64,000 nucleotides of DNA from Octopus vulgaris (lineage: Eukaryota), in assembly GCA_951406725.2 (NCBI GenBank), contig OX597821.1, positions 31,744,001 to 31,808,000 of the forward strand, in the 5' to 3' direction. Below the pieces are notes generated by a model that saw only the letters and a list, made by a program, of their open reading frames with translations, did not search any database and was not told the DNA's origin. Made by a program: the position numbers and the translations under genes. This document shows positions 25,425-39,934 of the stretch, one piece after another. Position 1 is the stretch's first letter; every line of letters begins with the position of its first letter.

Positions 25425-25474
<50 letters not shown>

Positions 25475-25475
25475 G

Positions 25476-25509
<34 letters not shown>

Positions 25510-25729
25510 CACACATATATATACATACATATACATATATATACATATACACATACAGAGAAAGATTAACATAGAAATATAAATAGATAGAAGATAGAAA
25601 ACACGTATAGGTGTCTGTGTAGTGTCCATATTTGTGACTTTGAGTGAAGATATATATATATATATATATATAAGCATATATATGTATATACAAACACCTA
25701 CATATGCAGATGAAACACGCATGTAACTG

Positions 25730-25779
<50 letters not shown>

Positions 25780-27374
25780 TGTGTGTGTGTTTGTATGTAT
25801 GTATTATTTGTTTATGAATATATCTATATGTATAGATATACGTATGTATAAGCTGCGATGTTCTATTAATAATTTATTTATTTTTAATATGACGTATCGA
25901 AATATATGAATCGTTTTATATCACACAAGAGATTAATAGCACAACCCAGACAAAATTATAATTTCCTGTGATAATTCGTTTCATCATTATATAAGTTGAG
26001 ATGTACTCTACTGAGTTGCTGTTTATATATGTGTGAGTGTGTGTGTGTGTGTACTTGTATATGTTTTTGTGTTTGTAGGCATGAATGCATGCATGCATGT
26101 AGAAATGGTAACATATATATGCTTGTATATACACAAACACATATACATATTTTTGTATGTGTAACGGTAATGCATACCGCATTTCGATTTAGACAGCTAT
26201 ATCTGCATCATACTAAATAACAATACACATTAGAAAACCGTGCTGTAGAAGTATTTTTTCTTTGTTCTGAAGGGACGTTTCTTATTTGATTTGTGTTGAA
26301 AACACTACATATATTGAAGCGGAATGCGCATCATTGCCTCGGTGGGACTGTAGCATTAGTCACGTTTGTTCCGTGTAACATATCCGCAAAAAAAAAACTC
26401 TCTCGACATGGCCACAGCTCATAGGCTGGAACTGGAATCAATCAATCAATCAATCATATAAGAAACATATTTGAATTATATATTTACTAACGTTACGGAA
26501 TGCTTAATGTGTTTTTAAAATTTTGCATAGTGTAATTCAAGCTTGATTAAATGAAAAAAACCCAGTTATGTGGTAGAGTAAATGATTATACATTTTACAT
26601 TGTTATGCAACTGAGGATACACATTCCGTTGAAGCATGTGAGAAAGGGAGGTACCGTTATTGAGAAATCTCAAGGAAAAATACGTCTATTCCCATGGATC
26701 ACTACCTTTCTCAAATCATAAATATGTTCACTTTTAACTAGTCCCGGCCAAGTTTCATACGATTGATTCATGAGCGACCCAGTTATCATCAGATTTCAGT
26801 AACGTAAAGCCCATAAATTCTCTGTCTCCCATGTCACCTACTTTATCCTTTCATATCAAACCAAACCCCCTTTAACACTTCTAGCTTCTAGCCCCTTTAA
26901 CACTTCTTCATTGGCTCCGTTCTTATGGCCAATGTATCCCACATTTAATTTGATTATTCCCCACAGTCGTCGCACCTGTAATAATAATAATAGTCGTCGA
27001 ACACGCCATCTCTTAATTCCACTCCGTCCGTTTCTGCCGTTTCAGTATCCCTAATCATAACGTTGAAACACAGTTAGGTAAAGGGATTTATTAATTTCAG
27101 CACGGTTGCCCACCCCCGTTATCCGAGTCACCGTTCCACATTCACGATAAATCGACTGCTTCCCTTCATACCAAGCAGATCACGTTCCCCCACACCTGAT
27201 ATACGCATCTTGATTACCTGGTGCAAATCCTTTTTTCTGCCCCAGCGTCTTACTTTTCTTCACCTCTCCTCGAACATCTTATAGATAAACACCCAGCTTT
27301 CTAATCCGTGGCATCTTCTCTCTACTTCTGCCTTCATTTAGTATGCCACCCTCACATTAGAAGCCCGGATCCAT

Positions 27375-27384
27375 TATAATAATA

Positions 27385-27456
<72 letters not shown>

Positions 27457-27543
27457 GTGATGATGGTGATGATGGTGATGATGATGATGATGATGATGAT
27501 GACGATGATGATGATAATAATGATGATGGTGATGATAATAATA
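27375..27543. repeat. (GAT)n/(AAT)n microsatellite
   Basis: Direct reading. Confidence 0.95.
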
Positions 27544-27544
27544 A

Positions 27545-28090
27545 ATGCCCTGATGCAGTGGCTCTCATGGCTTCTGATCTTAACTGATTGGAAGTGTTAT
27601 CATCTACATTGTTTTGTCTTGGTATAAAAGATGGGCTACAGCAAATATTCTGCTCAATACCACAGATTTGCTTGTCAGTTGTTTGACCTTAACCAGTTGA
27701 GCATGTCCCTTAGTGGCTGACGATATGTGCATCTCTGATCAATTGCAGAATTAGCGCGGGAGCATCATAGCCATGTGTTGAAAGGAATCTTTACAGATTT
27801 GGATAATTCTCCTTTAGAAACACGAATGTTTCGTTCAATATCCTTAAACAACCTTTATTCAGGGACCTTTTGAGCGGGATGGATAACTCAACCAAATGAA
27901 AATTCTAACAGGGCCTCACCTGCAAGGTCATGTGCTGTTTATATTGATATGGGATCACTATGTCGCGCACATACGGTTGTGATGCATTAGCCTGGTGTAC
28001 CCTTATCAGACGGGTAGTCGTGATGGTTATACTGTGCTCCATATATTTTATCCCAGTGTCATTTTGATGGCATGCACAGCTCTCTCACTC
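27545..28090 (-). mobile_element. Non-coding element inserted in an (AAT)/(GAT) tract, possibly a non-autonomous Dong/R4 partner
   Basis: Sharp GC-richer block with no meaningful ORF, bounded on both sides by AAT-type repeats. Strand assignment is tentative. Confidence 0.5.
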
Positions 28091-28762
28091 AATAATAATA
28101 ATAATAATAATAATGATATGACAACAACAGAATGGATGAGACCTCGATGTTATGTAAATAGAGGAATCTGTCTATAAATGTATGTGATAGTGAGTTTTAA
28201 AATGACAAGCAACTAATTGTCACATATTATATCTGTGTGTCTTTGTATGTACTTATGTGTGTAATATATGTATCTGTGTGATATATGAATATAGGTATTT
28301 CTGGAATGTATCTATGCATCTACTATCCTAAAGGCTACATTTTCCAAACATTTTCCATACGGCTGAATGACGTTTTTTGTTGTGTTTTGTTTTTGTTTTT
28401 GTTTTTAGGAGAAGGAGATATTTGCGCATTATATATTCCTTCTGCAGTTGGAATAAATATTCTAAAACAGACAACCCAGTAGATATAAAAATGTTGAAAT
28501 ACTAACATGCAGTTAGGATTTTAAATGTATATATCTTTATACATCGTTGATAATTGACATACTTTTAGCACAATAAGAATGTTAGTTTTAAATCGAAATC
28601 TGCATAATGTTTCAAATAATATTGTCTACGTTGATACTAACTTAAAATACAGATCAGTGATTTGGAAGAAATTATACAGCGGGAGAAATAATTTCTTCGT
28701 TTCAGTAATGCGAATGAAGGCATGTCTGTGGCTTATCTCGAGTTCGACGCTAGTATTCATAC

Positions 28763-28908
28763 GTTTGGCGACTATATTCCAACATTCCTTCCCATCCCAC
28801 AAATATTGTAATTGAAATTTGCAAAGTAGAAATTCTGGATTGTTCCAGTTCAAGCAGTCTGGAAGTTGGACAGGAGCCATCCATCCACTGGACCTAATTA
28901 TAAATAAT
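28763..28908 (-). CDS. Internal coding exon (146 bp; alternative in-frame acceptor at 28893): LFIIRSSGWMAPVQLPDCLNWNNPEFLLCKFQLQYLWDGKECWNIVAK
   Basis: Non-repetitive island with acceptor tttacAG (or ataattAG), donor aaac|GTATGA and an open Cys/Trp-rich frame. Phases 2/1 fit both neighbouring exons. Confidence 0.6.
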
Positions 28909-28981
28909 CTGTAAACAGCTTCTAAATACCGAACGTTTCCCTGGTTATGACACCCAACTGAACATATATTTTGTACTATTT

Positions 28982-28982
<1 letters not shown>

Positions 28983-29025
<43 letters not shown>

Positions 29026-29042
29026 ATACTACTACTACTACA

Positions 29043-29082
<40 letters not shown>

Positions 29083-29100
29083 TTATTATTATAACTACTA
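28983..29100. repeat. (ACT)n microsatellite
   Basis: Direct reading. Confidence 0.95.
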
Positions 29101-32100
29101 ATACCATCACCACCACTATCACCAGCGCAGCTTCCTTTAGCATCAATGGATGTGAACCACAATTGATACCAATCAAGAGCTAGCTGCTCAGCGCACTCCT
29201 CGCTAGGACCTCCGTAACCACTGCCAGCAAAATTTGCATAATGAATGCTGCTACTGTAACCGCTCGTTTTTGCCACCACCACTTCTACCGCCAGAACGCT
29301 GACATCACAATGACCAGCAGGCTGACACTATACTGTCGAGACACAATCATTTCTCGGCAGTTTATCCACTAAATATTCATACGTTTTCACATTTTCTTTC
29401 CGTTAAAAGCTTTCCTAATTGAATCCTTTGTAATCCCGAAAAACACCGTGACCAGTGGTCCAGCCGTTCGACCGCGAAGAGAGTACAGACATTCAGACGA
29501 ACGTGACGCCCATTATTGTAAGATATGTATACTCACAGGTTTCTTCCAGCATCCCTTTACGAAATCAATTCACATAAATTTGGTGGCCCCGAGACTCGAG
29601 TAGAAGACGCTTGCCACACTGGAAACCTAATCTTAAGGTCAGACATTTGGGAAGCAAGCCTCTTAAACATTCAGTCAGGGGAAAAAGAACCATCATCTAG
29701 AAATTTCCCCTTGGAATTTGATGGAATCAGTAATCTGATGTATTTCTTCATTCCCCTCCATTTTTTTACGTTTTTTTTATTTCATTTTTCGTTCTGTAAG
29801 GTGTTTTGTTTTATTTTCGTACTACACTTTTATTAGTCTTATAGTTGACCCACAATATTTGCTTCGATGCATATGCATGCATCTATATATGCAGATGTGC
29901 GCGTATGTGAGTGTGCGTGCACATGTGTTGAATCGTGTGTGCGTGTGTGTTTGTGTCAGTGTGTGTGTGTGTGTATGTCTGTGTGTGTGTGTGTGTATGT
30001 CTGTGTGTGTGTGTGTGTTTGTGTGTGTTTAGACATTAATATATTGCTGCTCAATATCGCTACACATGCCTGCACTCGCTCGCATAATTGTACACCTTCA
30101 TATGTTCATGTGTACGCGAATTCGTGCAGGAAATATTTCCTTAATGTCAAAGCAAAAACTTTGAGTGGTCAGTATAAATTTTTATTTATCACATAACATT
30201 GTTGACTCATCAATGACGGTCAACATTCCCCTTGAATGCAGCGATCTTGCAAAATCATTAAAAACATGCAGTGATATTGCAAAAACATGCTGGGCTGAAT
30301 GCTTAGCGGCATTTCATTCATCCTTATATTCTGAGAGCAAATTTGGATGTATTTTGGCTTTCATTTTTTCGGATTTGCTATGTATCAGTTCAGCATTTGG
30401 GTTGATATAATCGACTTACCCACTTTCTAGAAATCGCTAGCCGTGTGCCAAATTTGAAACCAGTACTATGTTTCGCTTTGGTCAGAGGCAATGATCGTCT
30501 CTCCAGCGTTAGAAAATAACAAAACAGATGAGCAAAAAGAGGCTTATGCAGTATTTCATTAAATATTTCCACGAAAGAGTAGTTTTATCTATATATAAAT
30601 GCTAAGTCAAGAAACGACACTGATATTACATCTCAATAACATTTTTGTCCATTAATATGATATATGTACACATATGCAGATATACTCACGCATTAATGAA
30701 TACATACATTTGTGTACATACACAAATAAGGGTGTACATACAGAAATAAGTGTGTACATACGTATGCACACATGCATAAATGCACACATATATGGATATA
30801 CTTGACAGCCTTGCTAACAATTTGGTGACCAATGAAACATTACACTAAATGGAAAACAAAACACACACACGCACATGCGCGCTCACATACACACACGCAC
30901 TCGCACTCCCACATGCATACACACACGTATATTCATTACTAATGACTTACGTAAGTCTGTTTTTTCTCGTGGTATTATTGTGTAATCCTGTGCGTTTATA
31001 TTTCTCTGTCACTGTATGATATGACAAAAGTAACTATTTGTCAACGTAGACTGCAAACCGTTGTCTTTGGTGTCTATCAATGCTTTGGAGTCTTTTAGAG
31101 TCTATCAATGCTTAAAATCGTAATTTTGGTTTGAATAAAGTATTTTTTACAGAGCACTTCTAGAAGTCATATTTGATGCGATCGAAGATGCATTCATATA
31201 TAAGTGAATGTAGGATTAAGGTATAAGTGAATGTATATAGAAAATACTGCTTGCAACGTGTACATATTGGTTTTAAAATATTTTGGATAGATAAAGGTCG
31301 AAGGCTAACACTGAGACACGAACCTACATCTCCTGTAAACATGACTAGCGTTCTATCAATGGAGAAAAGCTTTGTTTTCCACTACCCATTTTAGAAACAA
31401 TAATCTTGCCAGATATCATTGTATATTGTTGATGTCACAAGAATTTATAAGCTTCGAGAGAAATAATTCCTTTTTGTGATGGTGGATCAAAAAGCGGATA
31501 AATTATTTATTTTATACCGTCTCTTCTAATAATCAACGTCTTGCTTAATGCGTGTATACTCAGGTATATGTGGCAGAGAAGCATCAATGAGTCTATGAAG
31601 AAAATAAATAATAAAAGCCGATAAGATCTTGAATGTATATACGTAAAGTTACTTTAAGTTCTTTACCTCTTCGGTCATAGCGCTCGTTGGCAAAGATAAT
31701 AGGTTCAGATTTCTTTCCTTTTCTTTTTCGTCTTGCTAAGTGTTAGCATGACATTACCAAACACGTTCGTGTTTTGCTAGTTATAAAATATCCTACAATG
31801 AAAATCCAATTTATTTTAATTTAAGAAATTTTACGGTTTAAATTTAAAGCTTGGAATATTGCATGACCTTTTCTAATATTATAATAATTGCTTTATGTTT
31901 CTTCTCATTACAACTTAATAAGCTTAATTTGATTTTCATGCTTATATAAATACCTTATAAGATGTAAAACAGAAGGGAATAAACACTATATTATACTGTA
32001 TTTCGCGCATCCAGATAAGAAAATACACGCACCAGTATACAGTTATTTATTTGTGCAGAAGATCTGATACGCGTAAATGAATGCACTGAAAACTATACAT

Positions 32101-32301
32101 ACAGTTTATTATATCCTAACCATTTCATTTTTGCGTACCTAGATATGATTGAACATTTATTGACGCTACCTCACGAGAGAATTCCAGAAACCTATAGGTT
32201 AGCATTCTTGGATATGTTATCTCTGTATCAGAGAGAAGAATATGAGATGGCAAGGATAAACGCATGTGAACTCAGATGAAATCAAAGAATAAAAATAAAG
32301 T

Positions 32302-32302
<1 letters not shown>

Positions 32303-32348
<46 letters not shown>

Positions 32349-32420
32349 GGTGGTGGTGGTGGTGGTGGTGGTGGTGGTGGTGGTGGTGTGGTGGTGGTGG
32401 TGGTGGTGTGGTGGTGGTGG
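32303..32420. repeat. Compound (GTA)n(GTG)n microsatellite
   Basis: Direct reading. Confidence 0.95.
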
Positions 32421-32440
32421 TATAAGGAGAATTTACAAAA

Positions 32441-32655
32441 TAAGGCGGCGAGCTGGCAGAAACGTTAGCTGTATTTCATCTGCGTTACGTTGTGAGTTCA
32501 AATTCCGCCGAGGTCGACTTTGCCTTTCATCCTTTCGGGGTCGATAAATTAAGTACCAGTTACGCACTGGGGTCGATGTAATCGACTTAATACCTATGTC
32601 TGTCCTTGTCTGTCCGCTCTGTGTTTAGCCCCTTGTGGGTAATAAAGAAATAGGT
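32441..32655 (+). mobile_element. Young tRNA-derived SINE with a long target-site duplication
   Basis: Head taaggcggcgagctggcaga, B-box gagttcaaattcc. Direct repeat ggtataaggagaatttacaaaataa at 32419-32443 and 32653-32677. Confidence 0.9.
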
Positions 32656-33203
32656 ATAAGGAGAATTTACAAAATAATACTATGCTAAGTCGTTGTCAGA
32701 GATCTGCTTACCAGTGGAGAAATTAATTGGCTTTAAGTGCGAATAAAATATATAAACGGAAAGCATATAATAGCTAATTAGAACTACACTAACTAAGACT
32801 ATAATGTGCTTTCACATTTGCATATTAATATCTTAAAATCAATATTATCCACATCCTAGTTTTTGAAGGCTACATTAAATGATATTTTTTTTTTATTTGA
32901 CACTACTTCAAAGGCCACTTTTTGTTTAGACAATATTGAAGAAGAAGCGGCATAAATGTAGTGATATTGAACAAAAAGCGAAGAAGTTCTATGTAATACA
33001 TATTATCCAAATTTACATGGTATAATTCCCCAATTCCACTATCTCCTCAAAAGCACTGTTCATCTGCAGCCTCATGTTTACCTCTCATATAGCACACTTC
33101 TTACACTATGTTCTGAATACACAATTTAGGAGCAGGTCCCCGTTATTAGTATGAATATTGTAAATATCACAATCATTCCAAGCACGACAATTACACACTT
33201 CTC

Positions 33204-33204
33204 T

Positions 33205-33267
<63 letters not shown>
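33204..33267. repeat. (GATA)n microsatellite
   Basis: Direct reading. Confidence 0.95.
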
Positions 33268-33545
33268 TCAGAAGAATTAAAAGGGATTAATAAATCCTGC
33301 CAGATATCTAAAATGAGCCGTGTGAAACGAACTTGGCTAACTATATCAACAATCAGATACTAATAAATCAAAATAGAATTACCATCCACATCAAGGGTAA
33401 TGTATGATATAATAATCAATTAAAGGTGTGATATTCTCCCTTCCTGTTCTTGTTTACACACACACACGGTTATGTTGAGGACATTGTAGGTAATCTGAAA
33501 TTGACGTTATGTTAATAAAGTGATGCTTATCTGTTGATCTCTCCA

Positions 33546-33612
33546 TCTTCTTCTTCTTCTTCTTCTTCTTCTTCTTCTTCTTCTTCTTCTTCTTCTTCTT
33601 CTTCTTCCTCTG

Positions 33613-33680
<68 letters not shown>
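33546..33680. repeat. (CTT)n followed by (TA)n
   Basis: Direct reading. Confidence 0.95.
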
Positions 33681-33687
<7 letters not shown>

Positions 33688-35597
33688 AAAGTAAGGACTG
33701 GATTAACCAACCCGATAAACTATTTTTTCAGGAAGTAAAGCATAATTTAAAGGAAAACAGATTGCTAATTCTACATAGACGATGGAGTGACATGTGTATA
33801 TATAATACCTCTTATATGTAAGTTGCCCATCTGGCTCGCGATTCTGAGTTGAAACTATTGCCGCTGATATTGATTGAAAAGAGAAATACCATATGAAGAT
33901 GTAGGCATTAATTGTAACCTTCCTAATCGCTTGTGTTCGGAAACAGATCTCAGAAATAAATATATCTATAATAGGAAGAACGTGTGTAATTAAAGAAATA
34001 TAGGACAAGGGATCAAAAACGAAAACTACGATTTCATGTACATCGCAGGCTCTTCATTTCTGTCTTGTTTGCTTTTCGGAAAGAAAGAGCATAAGGTTAT
34101 CCATTTGTATTTACTGCGTGGGTCTCACAAATGTATTGAAACGTTCTAGAGTAATAAACAAAAGGAGAACAAATGGAAATGCATGAGAAAACGCCAGATA
34201 TGAATAAGAATTTATAATATTGTAAATAATAACAATTTATAAATATAACGATAAATATATTGAGAGTGCGAAAGAGAAGTTACGCGAATAAACATTATTA
34301 TCGTGATAAGATTAAAATCAGATCAAACGACGAGTCAAAAGATTCTAATATTTTATTATATTTTATTTTATTTTTAAAAAGTTTTCTTTCATCTTAAAAG
34401 CTTCTAATACAAAGCGAAATGAAAGACACTGCGTAATAAGAATTAATACTGAATGACGTCGAAGTTTTTGAAATAATAGCTTACAAAAAACAAAAGCAAC
34501 AAATCTACATATAGAGGCTTAGAAGAAATAAAGTGCAAATCCATTAAAACCGTGTTGGTGAATAAATTGGTAACGTACGCATTGACCATGTACTTAATAA
34601 CACTTCAGACTCAGATAATGACAGAGTGGTTTAAATTAAGACACACTTGTAGTGGCTAATTCTCCGAATCAAGATTTCTCTTGCTAATTAGTTATCGCGT
34701 ATACATACAATCCCTCAAACATTAACGAAATTTTATACACGTGCACACACCTACACACACATACACATACACATAAACGCACATATGCATACAAAAACAT
34801 AGACACACAGACACGCACAAAACATAACCATACTGATACATACACATATATACGCTAAAGAGATACACGCCAAACAAACACAGCACACCACACACGAACA
34901 TAAACACGCACAGAAGGCAAAAGACACACAAATACTAATATACATATACTGAGAGAAGAACTTATATAACAATATGAAATATGTATATATATGCGTATGC
35001 ACAATTACGCATACGCACAGTTACATAGAAGTATCTGTGTGCTTATGTGTGGGTATGAGATTTCTGTGTGCAGGCATCTATTTATCCATATGTCCATGCA
35101 TCTATAAGTGCGCTACGAATGTGCGAGAGACGGTACGTATGCGTCGGTAAGGTTCTGTATGTGGTGGTGTGAACAACTCTAACCAAGTTTGAGGTCAGTT
35201 ATCGACAAATGAGTACAAACAAATGGAGAAACACTTAACTAATTTGTGATGAGGCTATCTTTCAACTGACCAATTAAATGTGAGGTATTATTATCTTTTG
35301 CATTTGAAACGAAATCGGATTAAAATATTGCTATACTCGCATGTATATTCACATATAAACACACATGGACAGAAAGAGCAGCACCTTGGCGAATACATAT
35401 ACTGTATATAGATATATATGCATGTGCGTATGTGTGCGTGTGTATCATAATGTTTTTACGTATACGTAGGTATATATGTTTTGATATGCATATCAAAATA
35501 CGCATCAATGTCGATACACAACCACCCACGTGAAGCCAAGAGAAGCCAAACAGAAAAAGATCCCATATGTAAGTATGTATTTATATATGTATATATG

Positions 35598-35640
<43 letters not shown>

Positions 35641-35731
35641 AGAGTTTACGAAAAAAACAACAAAGGGCGAAGAGAGGTTATGTACAAAACAAAGAGATGT
35701 ATTAGTATAACGCTAAGGAATAGAAAAACAA

Positions 35732-35773
35732 GTCTTTTACGTTTCGAACCTACGCTCTTCTACAGAAAGGGAC
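35732..35773 (-). ncRNA. Minimal hammerhead-like variant
   Basis: Minus strand: guccCUUU-CUGUAGAA-GAG cguagg UUC-GAAA-CG-UA-AAAGac. Atypical core; stem III reduced to A-CG-U. Confidence 0.45.
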
Positions 35774-35958
35774 ACAGAAAAAAGGAGAGAAAAAAATCTG
35801 TGTAGTGGCTAACGATCAATCATGGCGTCGAGCGATGAAATGAGTGCACAAGTCTTAATTCACGAATAAAGAGAAAATACACAAACACATATATATCTAA
35901 TTATATCCATGTTTATATCTATATCTATATATATATATCTATCTATCTATCTATCTAT

Positions 35959-36022
<64 letters not shown>

Positions 36023-36076
36023 AAATATATTCATATATTAATATATATACATAGATACATATATATCTTTATATAT

Positions 36077-36451
36077 AACCGCTAAGTTACGGGAACATAA
36101 ACACACTAACATCGGTTGTGAAGTGATGTTGGGATGGACAAACTCGGGATCGAGGAAGGGCATTGCTCACCTTCATGAAAATTGTGTGCTGTTGAGCTAA
36201 CTACACCAGCAATGCGCTTTCGAGCAGCACGCTGAAGTTAATCATGCAGAAAACGTGCTCTCTCAAAGGTGTCGGCACCTTCCTTAAATATATAAATAAC
36301 ACGACAGGCTTATTTCAGTTTCCATCTACCAAATCCATTCACAAGGCTTTGGTCGGCCCCAAGCTATAGTAAAAGACACGCACCCAAGGTGGCACGCAGT
36401 GGGCTAGTACTCGGGACCACGTGGTTGGCAAGCCATTTACTTACCATACAG

Positions 36452-36452
<1 letters not shown>
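36077..36452 (-). mobile_element. tRNA/CORE SINE copy containing a foreign ~140 bp insert
   Basis: Homologous to 46304-46724 except for 36145-36285. Confidence 0.75.
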
Positions 36453-36538
<86 letters not shown>

Positions 36539-36555
36539 TTTATTTTGATTAATTA

Positions 36556-36599
<44 letters not shown>

Positions 36600-37008
36600 T
36601 ATATATATAAATACATACATATATATATAAGTGTGTGAGCGTGTGTGTGCACTCATATACAGAAATATACGTATGTGTATAAACATAAACACACATTCAG
36701 CGCACCCATATATATAGTGAGAGTGGGTTGGAACATTGTGTAGAATGTAATAAGCCATCTTTAAAGACTTGTGTCTGTATGTATATATATAGTTACACAT
36801 TGATTGAGACAGAGACAGAATGAATCGAGAGATAAGAAAGAAGCCTAATATCTTTATTTGAGAGCACCAAAATATTGTCCAGGCGCAGTGTTTTATACGA
36901 ATATTTGTGTTATTTTTCTTTGTGTATGTAGATATATGTTTATTCACGATCTTAAATACATGCGCATAAGCACACACACGCACAGTATGTTCATGTGTGT
37001 ATGCTTCT

Positions 37009-37068
<60 letters not shown>

Positions 37069-37239
37069 ATATCTATCTGTCTATCTATCTATCTATCTAT
37101 CTAAATATTTATCTATTTATCTGCCTACCTATCTATCTATCTATCTGTTCATCTATGTATATGTCTATTTATCTGTTTGTCTATCTGCGTCAGTCTCTCT
37201 TTCTTTCTCTTTCTCTCATTATACACACACACACATATT

Positions 37240-37274
<35 letters not shown>

Positions 37275-37757
37275 CATGTGGGAGTTTTTAGCTGTAGATA
37301 TATGTTCTAACTCCTTGCTATACTGTTTAGTATTTTTACACACATAATATATGTATACATATAAATGTATATACGCATATATATGCACACAAACAGACTT
37401 ACGCATATGCATACATATGTATATACACATACATACACATACACACACACACACATATACAAACATATATGTGCAGATATATATGAACACATACAGAGAT
37501 AAAGAAATAGATATGTATTTAACTACATACATACAACTGTACGCAATGACTTCTATATTTATACACATATTTCCTTGTGTATGTATGAACATACAACTGA
37601 ATGTGTTTATTGTGTCAGTATCGCTTTTGTGAATTTACAGTGAAAGATAGAAGCTAATAAGACACCTTTAGAACAATTATGTCTACTATAAATCGCATCA
37701 ATCATGTCAGAGAAGCTTAATGTCGTTAAAAATAGGAGTGTACCTGTTGACTCCTAC

Positions 37758-37885
37758 CTTAATATTTGTCTAAGCAACATTATGCTCAATAAACAGCCAT
37801 GGTGCCAAAATGTCCACCTAACTCTCAAACTACTTCGATGCACTGAATTGGGCAACGGTGGTGAGAACGCCATCTCCTGCGCCAT
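37758..37885 (-). CDS. First coding exon (whole exon ~37758-37931): MAQEMAFSPPLPNSVHRSSLRVRWTFWHHGCLLSIMLLRQIL, ending in a signal-peptide-like segment
   Basis: Strong polypyrimidine acceptor (ctttgttttgcttcatcttgtattgttttAG), in-frame TAA just upstream of the ATG, donor AAG|GTAGGA in phase 2. Confidence 0.6.
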
Positions 37886-38779
37886 AGTTTATCTCTTGGA
37901 CTCATTTGACTGCCAAATGAACTATGCGAAACTAAAACAATACAAGATGAAGCAAAACAAAGGGATTAAAACAATATATATGTATATGTATATGTGTATA
38001 TATGTATATATATATTGTGTGTATGTGTGTGTGTGTGTGTATGGGTGTGTGTGTGTGTTTATGTGTGTGTGTGAAAGCACTGACAGAAGTAACATTATCA
38101 AAAACCCTTAAAATAAAAGAAAGAAAAATAAACGTGATTGGAAAGTTGAAAAGTAGGTGCAATAACGAGGTGAACTTAATTGAACTTATATATGTGCGTA
38201 CTTACACAGATTAACGTGTCCTCATGAATGTTATACATACATACATACATACATGCATACATACATATATATATATATTCATATCTCTCACTATATATGT
38301 GTGTGTGCGTGTGTGTTTGTAATCATGTATATATATATATATTAGACATAGATCATATATCATATATGCGTATGTGTGTGAGTCAGTATCTATATATATA
38401 TATATATATATGTATACATGTATACAAAGGAGTGCATACATATATACATACACACATATATATATATATACAGAAGCATTCGTACGTATATACACAAACA
38501 CACGTATGCATCTGTGTATCGGTGCGTGTCACATTGATTATGTATTTACTTTTTGGCGTATACTTGTGTATGCGATTGTGCGATTAGCACATTATTAGGG
38601 AAGAGAACTATTTGTCAGATAATTAATTATATCTTGAGGACATAAGTGCTATTACTCCCAACAATATTCTTGATTCCCTTATCTTCTTGTCGGATTATAA
38701 TATTATCATTCTCGAACGGTGCGTAAGTATGGTGAATTCACTTGGGGCGTCTGCGGTGATGGTGGAGCAGGCCAAATGC

Positions 38780-38854
<75 letters not shown>

Positions 38855-38900
38855 AAGATAGATAGATAGATATAAGATATTATATATATATATATATATA

Positions 38901-38998
<98 letters not shown>

Positions 38999-39029
38999 GT
39001 ATATATATGTATATATACCTATACAGATT

Positions 39030-39236
39030 TGTACGTGTGTGTGTGTATGTGTTTGTTCCCCCACCCTCACTTTACAACTTCTCCGTAACTTAGCGGTTCG
39101 GCAAAGGACACCGATAGAATAAGTATTGGGGGCGAACTGTTCAGCTACAGGCAGTACTCCATCATGGCGGCAGTCAAATGAATGAAACAATAAAACATAA
39201 ACAGTCAAATGAAGGAAGAGTATAAAAGAATAAAAG
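39030..39236 (+). mobile_element. 3' half of a tRNA/CORE SINE
   Basis: cgtaacttagcggttcggcaaa..ccgatagaataagta..gcagtcaaatgaatgaaac. Confidence 0.75.
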
Positions 39237-39525
39237 AATGTGTATGTAAGTGTGTGTGTATTATCGGTAGTTAAATAGGTGTTGATTCGTATTTAATAAT
39301 TATAAAATATTGAACGAAATATATATGTTGTATATTGTATTTTCTTTATGGACCCTTCATATTCGTTCGCTTGTTATAGAAATTTTAGAAGTGTGTAGTG
39401 TCGCCTGGGAAACATATATCCGCATGAAAATATATCTACCGAGAACATAAATAACTAATTACTTATCTACACAACAATGCACATAAACATATATATGCAC
39501 ATTGAACCACTCCTATGTGTGTGTG

Positions 39526-39578
<53 letters not shown>

Positions 39579-39585
39579 ATATGTA

Positions 39586-39639
<54 letters not shown>

Positions 39640-39644
39640 TACAA

Positions 39645-39675
<31 letters not shown>

Positions 39676-39845
39676 TGTATGTATATGTATATAGATAGAT
39701 AGATAGATAGATAGATATATTTACACATATATATGCAAAAGCATATTCATATGCTCCTTCATTAACTTGCACGGTGATACACATATGCGTGTACACACAC
39801 AGACACACATACACACACACATATATATATATACACGTATATATG

Positions 39846-39934
<89 letters not shown>

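Noticed and set aside
26737-27375. Pyrimidine-rich block starting with CTAG, possibly Helitron-like
   Set aside because: Termini and family could not be established from this window.
37704-38111. 135-aa plus-strand ORF
   Set aside because: It is antisense to the better-supported minus-strand exon and ends in microsatellite.
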